A stretch of DNA of 64,000 bases from Eledone cirrhosa (Eukaryota), in the NCBI GenBank assembly GCA_964016885.1, contig OZ024742.1, forward strand, positions 198,896,001 through 198,960,000, read 5' to 3'. A program made the translations under genes and the position numbers. Below are positions 24,721-35,904 of the stretch, one piece after another (position 1 is the stretch's first letter; each line of letters starts with the position of its first letter). The notes under the pieces are model-generated. The model made no database searches, was not told where the DNA came from, and saw nothing but the letters and a program-made list of their open reading frames with translations.

Positions 24721-25583
24721 AACGCAAAGAGATTATCTCGACTGCCAACTCGTGAGCAGACGTTTTGCACCGAAAGAGGTCATTTGAAACCAATGTTGTA
24801 CTGTCGGATATGCTTCAGAAAATCACGTGATTGTGAATGCTTATCTGTTAGAAGCATCTGGAGAGGTTGCGGTGGTTCCCTAAGGGTGGGCAAATTAACC
24901 TTACCGTTGGAGCAGCACATTCCAGCTGAATCCCCCCCCCCTCTCCCACACACACACACTTTTTAGCTTTACAATGTTGGCAAGTATTTGGCATGGCATA
25001 TATTTGAATATCAGGATGGATTTGATAGTTTACATTAGGGTCATAATTAACTGCCTTAAGGTATCATCGTGAATAGCCCGCGATAAAGCTCTACGTTGAG
25101 CGTTACCCTCCAGCCGAATAGCTCGACTTGTTACAGTCTCTACAGCTCGTGCCGTAGGAGTAGCTGAAGCATTTCTCAAATGTCGACTTTGACGTTCTTG
25201 CTCAGTCTCAATTGCTCTTGCTGCACATTAGCTGAAGCATTACGCGCACGACGTCTTTCATATTTTTGTACTGTCTCTGCAGATCTTGCTGCAGCAGTAT
25301 CTGTAGCATCCATAGCAAGGCGTGTTTCACGTAGCTCTGTAGTCTCTGCAGCTCGTGCTGCAGCAGTTGCTTTAGCATTATTGGTTCGCCGAACTAACCT
25401 ACGCTCAGCGGCGGACAAAGATGTTGCAATAACTGTACTCACCGCATTTAGTGATTGTCTATTTTCGGTTATCGGTGGAGCGTCATTTACACGCATTGTT
25501 TTCTTCGACCGATAGCCAATATGTGCATACTTTCTTTCAACACACGATTTCAGATAAAGAATCTTGCTAAACAAATTCAGAAA

Positions 25584-25669
<86 letters not shown>

Positions 25670-25914
25670 ACATATGTGGTTGATGGCTGAGAGAAAAGAG
25701 TACTCAATACCGAAGTAGAATTTTAATATTCTTGTATGATGGCCCTGTGATCACTATTTAGCCTTAATAAAATGAATATATATATATATATATATATTTA
25801 TTAAAATAACAGATTAAAGTTTAATAAATATTTGCTCTATGGTTCTTATATATTTGATATATATTTATCCTTATCGAGCCCTCTTTGGATTTTAGTCTTC
25901 AAATTTATTATTAT

Positions 25915-26000
<86 letters not shown>

Positions 26001-26082
26001 CGAAGAAGGTGTGGTAACGAACCAGATGGACCATAAGGCACCAGAATACTCAATACTTAGGGTAGTAGAGTGGGTAACAGGT

Positions 26083-26195
26083 AAATGTTAACCCCGACGG
26101 CAGAGCTCAAGCCATTTCGACGGCTATTTCTGAACAATTTAGTCCAGAAATAGCCGTCGAAACAGCTTGAGCTCTGCCGTCGGGGTTAAACATTT
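26083..26195. repeat. Near-perfect ~50-bp-arm hairpin in a (TA)n-flanked island
   Basis: AACCCCGACGGCAGAGCTCAAGC..TTTCGACGGCTATTTCTG / CAGAAATAGCCGTCGAAA..GCTTGAGCTCTGCCGTCGGGGTT. Confidence 0.9.
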
Positions 26196-26198
26196 TCC

Positions 26199-26230
<32 letters not shown>

Positions 26231-26244
26231 CAAATGAGCTCACT

Positions 26245-26530
26245 TATGGAGAATATAGTGTGCGAGGGAGGAGACTGCGATGGTATGGACATGTGATGCG
26301 CATGGAGGATGACCAATGGGTGAAGAAGTGCCAGGAAATGCCAGTTGAAAGAAGACATGGTAGAGGTAGACCACAAAAAACATGGGCGGAGGTGGTGAGA
26401 ACAGACCTCAGATCGCTGAAGCTCACGGTGGAGATGACGAAGGACCGTGACAAATGGAGAGATGCTGTGCTGAATAAGACCCGTCCCACCCTTGCAAGCA
26501 GGGAAAAGCGGACGTAAAATGATGATGATG
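26245..26530 (+). mobile_element. RTE LINE 3' end with (GAT)n tail
   Basis: RRLRWYGHVMRM..GRGRPQKTW..DRDKWR. The tail ACCCTTGCAAGCAGGGAAAAGCGGAC recurs at about 30430. Confidence 0.85.
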
Positions 26531-26907
26531 TTAGAATTTTGTATTTCTCAATAAGTAAGCTCAATAGACTTTATCCAGAGCCATAATAAACCAAATAAAA
26601 AATATATATGTTTATATATAGAGAGAGAAAGAACCATGTATCATATAGGAAACACAGTATATTGTATACACCTGTGTACATATTCTTCTATGGAATATGT
26701 GATACACTTTCCTTTGATATCCATGATATCCTTGGATTTTCACTCTTAGAATGGATGGCTGAAGATCAGAAATCGTTTGTTTGTTTCATTTGTATCAACC
26801 ACTATTTGATTCATCTACTAATATATAATGCTTTTGCGTTTTTGTACGTCACCAAAGGGAAGTAACTCATCTATGTTTCAGTGTGTAAATATAAATACAT
26901 ATATATA

Positions 26908-27075
26908 CCATATTTCCCGGCGTCGAAGACCCTACATTTTACCTAAAATAAGTCTTTAAAAATCTACCATGCGACCTGGAGGCCGAAGGTTGTTTATTAT
27001 TTTTTTTCAATTTTTGGTTGTCAAAATTAGGGTGCGTTTTAGAGGACGGAGTTTCTTCGGCGCCGGGAAATACGG
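26908..27075. mobile_element. Tc1/mariner (pogo/Tc2-like) MITE, 168 bp, TA TSD
   Basis: TA|CCATATTTCCCGGCGTCGAAGA ... TCTTCGGCGCCGGGAAATACGG|TA. Confidence 0.85.
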
Positions 27076-27672
27076 TACATTATACAAAATAATTGTTTCT
27101 ACTTTTTGGCACAAGGCCAGCAATTAACCAGTTACATTACTGGTACTTTATTTTATCGACCCCGTAAGGATGAAAGGCAAAGTTAACCTCGGCGGGATTT
27201 GAACTCTATGCGATGAGTGTGAAATGAAGGGGGCTGTGACATACTATAGAAAACAGAGAACAATGTTCGCTACATCTGTGTTACTCATACATATAAGTGT
27301 ATACATATGCACACACACACACACATACTCACACACATATATGTGTGTGCATGTAATAATTATTTTCTCTGAGTCTGTTTATGTGTATGTTTGTGTAGAT
27401 GTGTGAGTATTTAATAATTATTTTTAACTAGCGTTCTTAGATTGGCTACACTTGAGTGTATGTGTGTGTGAGTGAATGTGTGCGTAAGTGTTTGTATGTA
27501 AGGGTTGTTCAAGGAGCCAAGTTCCTAGCCATATCTAAATAAGTTAGAATTATCAAGAATATAAAACGACTGAAGTTGAAAGGTATATACAAAATCACAT
27601 CTACCCTTTAGCCGTCATTTTTGATGGCAGGGGAGCAGCTAGTATATGTATAAGAGAGAGAGAGAAAGTTAA

Positions 27673-27776
27673 TTCCACAACAAATTATCAAACCATACTT
27701 GAGGACTCTCGTTTCAGCTTGTGGATTTTCAATCCATGGTGAATCATCAAGTATGGTTTGCTAATTTGTTGTAGAA
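27673..27776 (-). ncRNA. Long hairpin enclosing a degenerate hammerhead-like core
   Basis: About 30-bp outer stem. The minus strand has TTGATGA...GAAAC-GAGA-GTC, but the CUGAUGA box is damaged. Confidence 0.45.
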
Positions 27777-27837
27777 CAGACACTATACCAAACTTGTCCT
27801 CAGAACTGAGTGCCCTACTTACTACGGATATAACCTA

Positions 27838-28488
27838 TCTATCTATCTAAAGCGGGTAAAATTCCCGAGATCCATGAACGAGTTCTCTCCAGCGGTCTCT
27901 GTCCCTCATTATCGCTGCCATGTCCTGCATCTCCAACAGACCAGTGTCTGTCTTTAGGGCATCAACATACGTTAACCTTGGTCTTCCTCTTCTAGTGTGT
28001 CCATGTAGGGGCTCCCAAAGGAGCACTGAGTGCAATGTCAACTCTGGATGTCGGGGAGCATGTCCAGCAAACCTCAGTCTCCTCTGTGTCACTTTTGAGC
28101 TGACTTTTGGGATGCTCCCATACAGCTCTGAGTTTTTCATCCTCAGTGTATACTGATTAATGTTCAGAGCCATCCTCAGCATTCTCGTGTAGCACCCATC
28201 CACCATCTGAGTGAGTTTCTTGGTCAGTGTCCAAGTCTCAGACCCGTACAGCAGCACAAAATATCTGGTAGAGAATGTTGAGAAGCCAGAGGGGATCACT
28301 AATGTAGGCGGGAAGCCGCTAGAATTGGTTGAGGGCTTCCTGTATTTGGGAGCAAAGATTGGGGGTACGGAAGATGATGTGGTTGAGAGGAAGAGCAAGG
28401 CCTGGGCGGCGTGCCACAGCTTGAGATCGGTGTGGAAGTCGGACCTTCGTAGAGACCTGAAAATCCGCCTCTCCATTGCTGTAGTGGA
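27838..28488. mobile_element. RTE-like LINE insertion with 5' inversion (twin priming), 12-bp TSD GGATATAACCTA
   Basis: Minus part 27838-28257 (VLLYGSETW..RLRFAGH..GRP, (TAGA)n tail). Plus part 28258-28488 (VEGFLYLG..KAWAAC..KIRL..VVE). TSD at 27826-27837 and 28489-28500. Confidence 0.9.
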
Positions 28489-29999
28489 GGATATAACCTA
28501 CCATTCTTTTATCACTATATATGTGTGTGTGTATGTGTGTATGTGTATGTGTGTGTATCCGTGTTTATGTGTGTATCCATGTTCGTGTTTTTATCTACTG
28601 TATGTTTCTATCCTGTAACCCAGCAGTTCAACAAATAGAGATTGATAAAATAATTACCAGGCTTTAAAAAAGAAATTACTGGAATCAATATAATCAAGTA
28701 AGAACAGAGACAATGTATATTAAAGAAGGGTACCTGAATCTTGTTTGGGACATTACACTCTCTCTAGCATTGATGCTATGAGAAAATATACCCTGTACAC
28801 TTTAAAAGGTAGTTAGCAATCAAACAAAATAACAAAATGTTGAGAAGACTCCTTCAGAATATTTTTGAAGACATGACAAATATTCTAGTACTAGTATTAT
28901 GATAAAACACACACGAGACACTCTGTAAGGTGGTTGGTGTTAAGAAGGACATCCATCTGTAGAAACCATGCCAAAAATGGTACATATAAGAGAGGTGTGG
29001 TTCTCCTACCTGTTTAAAAAGATGCATGGTATGGCCTCATAACTCCAGAGGGAATCGTAGGTGTGCCTTAATTGACATACAGCGTTTTTAGGGCGCTTTT
29101 AAACCTGGTAGACCCCATCTCCTCTCCAGATCTGAATACAACAGATTTCTTCCAAAGAATGATAGAGAGTAAGAGAGAGAAGAAGTTACTGGGGTCAGTT
29201 ACTGAGGTCAGAGAAGAAGTTACTGGGGTCAGAGAAGAAGTACTGGGGTCAGTTCTTCCTCTATATCTATAGAGGAAGAATTGACCCCAGTACTAGACTG
29301 GTACGTTTTTTTTATTGACCTCAAATGGATGAAAGGCAAAGTTGAACTCAGAGAGTAGAGAATGGAGTGAATACTGCAAAGCAATCTATTTGACGTTCTA
29401 ACAACTCTGCCAATTCACCGCCTATCATTTAAAAGGATAGTTATCAAAATAAGAACTATTCAATTTTTAACGACCTGTACAACCCATGCCAACATAGAAA
29501 GCTGGCATAAATATCATGATAATGATGATGATGATAATGAAGATCCATAAAAAAATTGATCAGATTTGACATAATTTCACAACACATCTAATATCTATAG
29601 ATTATTGATAAGGTGCACAAAAGTGTCGCGATATGTCTACAGATTATGACCAAGACACAGTAAAGTGATGCGACAAATTCTTTTGGAAACCTTTGAACTA
29701 TACCAATGACATTTTCCTGTAAATTCTTTTCACTTATTTCAAATCCTCAAAGTCTCTTCATTACGTATTACTTAATTTTTTGTTAGTATTTTCATTAAAA
29801 ATTAACATCATATCTGGAACTATATTGACATTTCTTCTGTCTAGTTATCAATAATTCAGTGGTCAATTATCGAAGTCTCCTTTGTACAGAAATTACTATA
29901 AAAACAAACAGATAGAAATTGTGATAAAAATCTATGTTAAGCTATGTAATAATATTTACTATTGTTATCCATATGACATCATTGTGAAGTATTTGTTAT

Positions 30000-30380
30000 T
30001 AAAGCTCCAACATCTGGCAACTGAGTTCATATACACCCATAAGATTATTAACAATCTTTCCAATAACAACTGTGGGCACCTTTTTGAATTCTATGTGTCT
30101 AACACAATGGACATGCCCACAAAGTCAGAAAACAGCACAGCTCCCATGACTTTCAGAAACGTTTCTTCATGTTCAGAGTTCCTGAAGTATGGAACAAACC
30201 ACCACCTGCATCAGTTGTTAGCTATCGGGACACTGCTTCCTTCGAAACTTCAATACTTCCCGAAATTCGCCAACACTACACCTGATATTCCCCCTCCATA
30301 CACACGTGTGTGCGTTTATCATTATTCATACACTGTTCACTTTCTTGACATTTGTATATTATTCTATGTACTATACATGC
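30000..30380 (+). mobile_element. CR1-group LINE 3' end
   Basis: Homologous to 42870-43250. Confidence 0.8.
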
Positions 30381-31976
30381 GACGAGGGACCGTGATAAGT
30401 GGAGAGATGCTGTGCTGAATAGGACCCATCCCACCCTTGCAAGCAGGGAAAAGCGGACATAAGATGATGATGATGATGATGATGATGATAGAGTTTTCAC
30501 TGATTACAGAATTGAACTAGCAGAGTTGTGAAAATGGTGAATAGAATTGGTTTGCGGTATTCATTCCAGCTCTTTGCTCTCTGAGTTCAAATCCCATCAA
30601 GGTCAACTTTGCTTTTCCTCATTTCAAGGGCAATAAATAAAGTACCAGTCAAGAACTGCTACTGATCTCCTCCTCCTCCTCCTCCTCCTCCTCCTCCTCC
30701 TCCTCCTCCTCCTCCTCCTCCTCTTCCTACTTCATCTTCTTCTTTTCCCACTCATTCCCAGGAGAGCCATGGAGGCAGAGTTCTCATACATGCCTTCCAG
30801 AAGGTCCTACCAAAAGCAACTGTCTCCAAACAATCCAGCTGGATTCCTCAACAAGACCAACCAAGTTAACATTTGTGGGAACTCAGAATTTAAAGAGCCA
30901 AAACAAATTCTGCAATGTATTTTTTCCAATGCTTTGATGAATCTGCCAGTCCACCATCACTAAGAAAATGATATAACATTGCCTTATATAAAAAGAAATC
31001 AAACAACATAGGTCTGCCTTACTCAGAGGTGACCTGCTGACTAAACAACAACAGTAACAACAATGTAATAGCATATATAATTGTTTCTACTTTAGGCACA
31101 AGGCCAGCAAATTACCCAGTGCATTACTGGTACTTTATTTTATCGACCCCGTAAGGATGAAAGGCAAAGTCAACCTCGCTTTTCAACAATTTCTAGTTCT
31201 GAAACAAGAATTTAAATAATCTTAACACTGCATCTACACTCGAATCTCATAAACTATACCCAGGATTGTCCTGGGGCTAAAAATAATTACTCTCTCTCTG
31301 AAAGAAATCAGCTGTCTTCCAATTTAGAGAAGGATGGGCTCTGCCAGGTTTAAATACCCAAAATGGAGCTCCTAAGCTTCCCCCATGCGTTGTGGGTCTA
31401 ATATATATAATATAAACATAAAATATAGGTTGGTAAATACAGAGTTTAGATTTTGGCTGCAGCTCCATGCTTTCCTAGGTTTCAGTATGAAAAGACCTGC
31501 CAATCTTTTGATACTAAACCACAAACACCAAATTGACAGTCATTAGAATGTTGAACAGAATGCTTTGCAATAATCATTTTGGATCTCTGTACTCTGAGTT
31601 TTCAAATCTGGAAGTCTACTTTGCCTTTCATCCTTTTGAGTTTGATAAGAAAAGTACCAGTCCAGTACTGGGGTTGATTCTTCTCCTGTTTCTTTTCCTC
31701 GCTTCCTCTCTATTACTCTCACTCCATCTCTGGAAGAAATTGGCTGTATTCAGAGCTAGGGGTTTGATGGGCTCCACCAAGTTGAAAATGTTCAAGAAAT
31801 ATAATATTTCCATACACTACTACTCCAAGTTTAGGGTACTCTGTTAAGTAATGGTCTAACTAATTTTAAACTAGTTCTATCCTGATATGTATATATATAC
31901 AATGATATTTATTATAAGAACAGATAAAAATTTAAACAAAGAACCGCTGCTTTCAGCCTTAACGAGATCTTCTGAA

Positions 31977-32014
<38 letters not shown>

Positions 32015-32054
32015 TCATCATCATCATCATCATCATCATTTTACGTCCGCTTTC

Positions 32055-32091
<37 letters not shown>

Positions 32092-32299
32092 TAAACGGAA
32101 TAGAAAATGCTGACAAATTGTTCACAGTTGAAAAATGGTTTAATTAGGAATAAAAGAGTATTAGTGATTGTATGGGTTAGTATTCAGTTGTGGTTTTAAG
32201 TTTTTAAGTTTTTACCGGTTCCGCATTTCTAAATGCTTTTCAAAAATAATTTTGAGATAGAGTGTCCGTGCTGTTTGCTCTGATCAGAGCACTCTATCG

Positions 32300-32500
32300 G
32301 GCCCTCTGGAGAATAGAGGAAATGTGTTTCCTTGAAACCTCGTATGACTCTAAAACCCGGTCCGTCTGTGTGGTTACATACAGACTAGCTGACACTCACT
32401 GTAAAGTGTCTAGTGAAAAAACTGAGTACATGTACAGATGTATACATGTGTGTATTTATATGCATACTAATACTTCCGTATACATATGTAGATGTACACT
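32300..32500 (+). repeat. Diverged relative of the 466-bp hammerhead repeat (structured portion)
   Basis: CTGGAGAATAGAGGAAA..TTTCC..GTATGACTCTAAAA..CTGTGTG..ACATACAGA..GACACTCAC.GTAAAGTGTC.AGTGAAAAAACT matches the minus strand of about 8390-8585. Confidence 0.8.
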
Positions 32501-33274
32501 TTAACTTAATTGTTTATATAAATATATATATACATATATATATACACACACAGACAACAGGCTTACATAAATTTTCCATCTACCAAATTTCACCTACCCT
32601 GAAGCTAGAGTAGAAGTCATTTGCCAAAGGTTCCATGTAGTGGGACAGAACCTGTAGAACTCCTTAACCACACATACCACTTTACAGAGTGTACTAGGTG
32701 GATTTTATTATGGCACCAACTCTAGAGAGGCTGTCATGTTCTCAATAAGACTAAAGAGTCCTATCTAATCCATGTTGTTTCTGTTCAATTGTCAACTACT
32801 TTACAGAGTGTACTGGGTGTATTTTATCATGGCACCAACACTAAAGACATTGCCTTGTCCACTAACACTAAAGAGACTGCTCCACTCTTTGCTGTCTTCA
32901 TTTGAGATGTGGAAGGACAGTGGTAGATACACTTTGGTTGTTGGTAGTGGGTAGGAGGCATGTGATCTCCCTTACAAATACACTACTAACTATACATGTG
33001 TGTGTGTTAATATAGTCCGATGTTTACACGTCTAGCCCATTCTATATATGTTTCATAACTTCAAAGTCTCAGGTCTGTGAGACTGAGATGATGCAGAATT
33101 ATGCGAAATCGCCTTGAATATTTGATTCGTGATGCAAGGGAGTTAAGCGCGTTTATCTTTAGAATCGAGTTATTTCCCCTAGAGGTAGATGGGCTGCTAT
33201 AACCAAGCTTATGACTGAAAATACGAACATTGCTGATGCTATACTGTGTGACTAGCATTTAAAATAGAGTCTCT

Positions 33275-33395
<121 letters not shown>

Positions 33396-33399
33396 GTAT

Positions 33400-34218
33400 A
33401 AAAATCAATACAATATAATTACTTCATTACCAGAGGTTTCCCGAATGAGGCGAATACGAAAGAAACGTCTTCATTCGTTCGTCAGACGAGGCAATATAAA
33501 ACATGGGTAAATACTTAGAAAAACTCATCAAGAAAATCAAAAAAAGATATAGACAAATGAATTAGAAATTGAAATATATAAAAATCTATCAAGAAATATA
33601 GTTAGGTGTGTGTATATGTATGTATATACGCTCACAGATGTGCATATATGTATATTCACATATGTATACGTATAGTGAAAAAGTGTGCGTAAATCTAAAA
33701 TTTAGGGCAAATGTATCTGTATGTACATCATAAGTATATGAATATGAAGGCGCGCGCATAAAACGCCTACACACTCGTACACTTAGATGCGGAAGTAAAA
33801 GAGGTAAGGGAGTGTAATAATTAAAGGAAAGTATCAATCTCGATATATTTATAAAAATGTAACAATAAATTAGAAAGAAAAAATTTTAGAAAGAAAAATT
33901 AAAGAAAAGAAGACAAAAAAAGGGTTACATACATACACGGACACGCATGTCTCACAAAAGAAACGCAAAAATATATATGCTTATATACACACGCGCACTT
34001 ACACATCCATACGTTCGATACGTACATACACACACACACACACAACATACTTACACTCACGCATATTGACCTGTATGCATGCACACGCATAAAAATGAGT
34101 AAGTAAAAAAAGGGGGGGGGGAAGAAAACAAAACATAAAACCGAGATGTCAAAAAACACGGATATAAAGACAGATACACATACGCATAATATATACATAC
34201 ACACACACACATACATAT

Positions 34219-34295
<77 letters not shown>

Positions 34296-35610
34296 CACGC
34301 ACGCGCGCGCACATACGTAGTCACTCATGTACATATATAAAAGTATACACACATTAAGGCGTTCAGCCATATTGATACAGGATGTAAAAAACTTGTGGAT
34401 AAGTAAGTACAAATATAAAATTGTAAGATTGGCTGCGCAAAAATAAAAAATAAAAATAAAAATGAAAAATATATCTGGATTGAAAAACACAAAAGACATG
34501 TGTAATCAGTTAGTGGAGGAAAAAGGGAAGTAAAAAAAAAGGGGAAGTAAAAAATGGAAAGTGAATCGGAGAATAAAGGGGGTGGGGGGGTTTGGTGGAT
34601 GTGAAGTAAAAATAAAAAAATAAGAATAAAAATAAATGAAATTATTGACAAGGATAAAAATGAAAGTAAGTCAGAAAGGGTAATTAAAAAGAGAATAATA
34701 AGAGTTTATGGAGGATAAGTATCTGAAAGTGTGTTAAGTTTATATGAGCTGGAAAGCAGGTGTGATTTCATGTGTGGGCAACTGGTGAAAATTTCCGTCT
34801 TTGTGTTCAGGCAGGTCTTTGGTGATTTTAGATTTTGCAATATCCAATATTTTTCATTTATGCAGAGCGTGCATTTTCTTGTTCCTCTAGCATATTCTTT
34901 AGATTGGTTCAAAATTGACCAATCTAATTTATATTGGATGCCTTGGTCTTTCAAATCCCAAATTCTGCTAGCCAGAGCTGTTGTAAATCTTTTTTCTGGA
35001 TGTCGAAAGGATGCGACATGTGAGTAATAACGCGTTTTGAATTTGTCTTGCGTCATACCCACATATCGTTCACTGGTGGCTGGATGGTTGTTGCTGATGG
35101 TTGTCACTTTAGCCGCATATACAATGGCTTTGGTGTTGCATTTACCTTGTAATGGGCATTCACTTTTGATTCTACAGGAGCAAGTTTGATTCTCTCTAGG
35201 TGATATTTTGTTGAGGATATAGGACTTAATAGGGGGACCGCAGGAATAGCTAATTTTAACACAGTTTCTGTTAAAGATCTTATAGTATCTATGTGTTCTA
35301 GGGAAATGTTTATCTAGGAGCTCAAGGAATGTTTTGCCTACATTAGTTTTAACTGCTAGAGAGTAGGGGGGTGTGAACCAGATTATTTTTCTATTCCTAT
35401 TTTTATGTTTAATAGAGTTAGTGTAGTTAGGTATGTATTTAATCGGTTCACTAAAACCGCTATTTTGGAGGGCTTTATTATAGTAGGGGATGCCTTATTA
35501 AAAATAGCTTCTGAGGAAGAGAGGGTGGAGATCCTACGGCTAATATTAGGGATAAGGTTTTTAAAAACTATAGGTGGATGGCAAGATCCTTTATTTATAT
35601 ATTTTAAGTT
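33400..35610 (-). mobile_element. 5'-truncated Penelope-like element (Naiad-type): RT thumb, Cys linker, GIY-YIG endonuclease, 3' UTR with hammerhead
   Basis: Hand translation of 35610-34706: YINKGSCHPP..RRISTLSS, RKIIWFTPPYS, HFP, KISYSC, CSCRIKSECPLQGKC (CxCx5Cx5C), AIVY..RYVGMT..FKTRY, KCTLCINEK..SCPH. One frameshift near 35485. Confidence 0.85.
33419..33494 (-). ncRNA. Type I hammerhead ribozyme at the 3' end of the Penelope-like element
   Basis: Minus strand TTGCCTCGT-CTGACGA-aCGAATGA...TCATTCGg-GAAA-CC(TCT)GG-TA-ATGAAGTAA. The stem II closing pair is mismatched. Confidence 0.65.
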
Positions 35611-35664
35611 TTATATATATATATATATATAAAATAAAATAAAATAAATAAGTCAAATGTTTAA

Positions 35665-35731
35665 AATTTGGCTTCGTTTATATTTCGGTGACAGCTATCT
35701 TTGGCTGTGACCTCTTCAGACAGTCCGAATT
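35665..35731 (-). ncRNA. Hammerhead-like relic
   Basis: Minus strand CTGAAGA-GGTCACAGC...GCTGTCACC-GAAA-TATA. Stems I and III are poorly supported. Confidence 0.4.
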
Positions 35732-35904
35732 AGTGGGGTAGAGACGAGTACACATGTTGTTGAGGTGTTTAACTTTGTCAATACTCTGATATGCCCAGTT
35801 CCTGGTTGGGTTGTTATTTCACTGAGGAACTGGAATACTGAGGTGTTGGTATACAACCAACATATACTCAAAAAAAAATATATATATATATAAAATCTGT
35901 GGCT

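Larger units (their letters stand above)
18762..25586 (-). mobile_element. Helitron deletion derivative (RepHel N-terminal region) hosting a Gypsy insertion
   Basis: 3' end CCCGAGCAACGCCGGGTAAATCTGCTAG|T at 18762. 24760-25520 encodes ARAAET..RETRL repeats (STPR-like), CQHCKAKK and CCSNGKVNLP..EPP.PL..LL...FLKHIRQYN..(F)QMTSFGA. The 5' boundary at a TC next to (TA)n is tentative. Confidence 0.75.

Noticed and set aside
25455-26091. YIYIYI ORFs (also at 33899-34499)
   Set aside because: Translations of (TA)n microsatellite.
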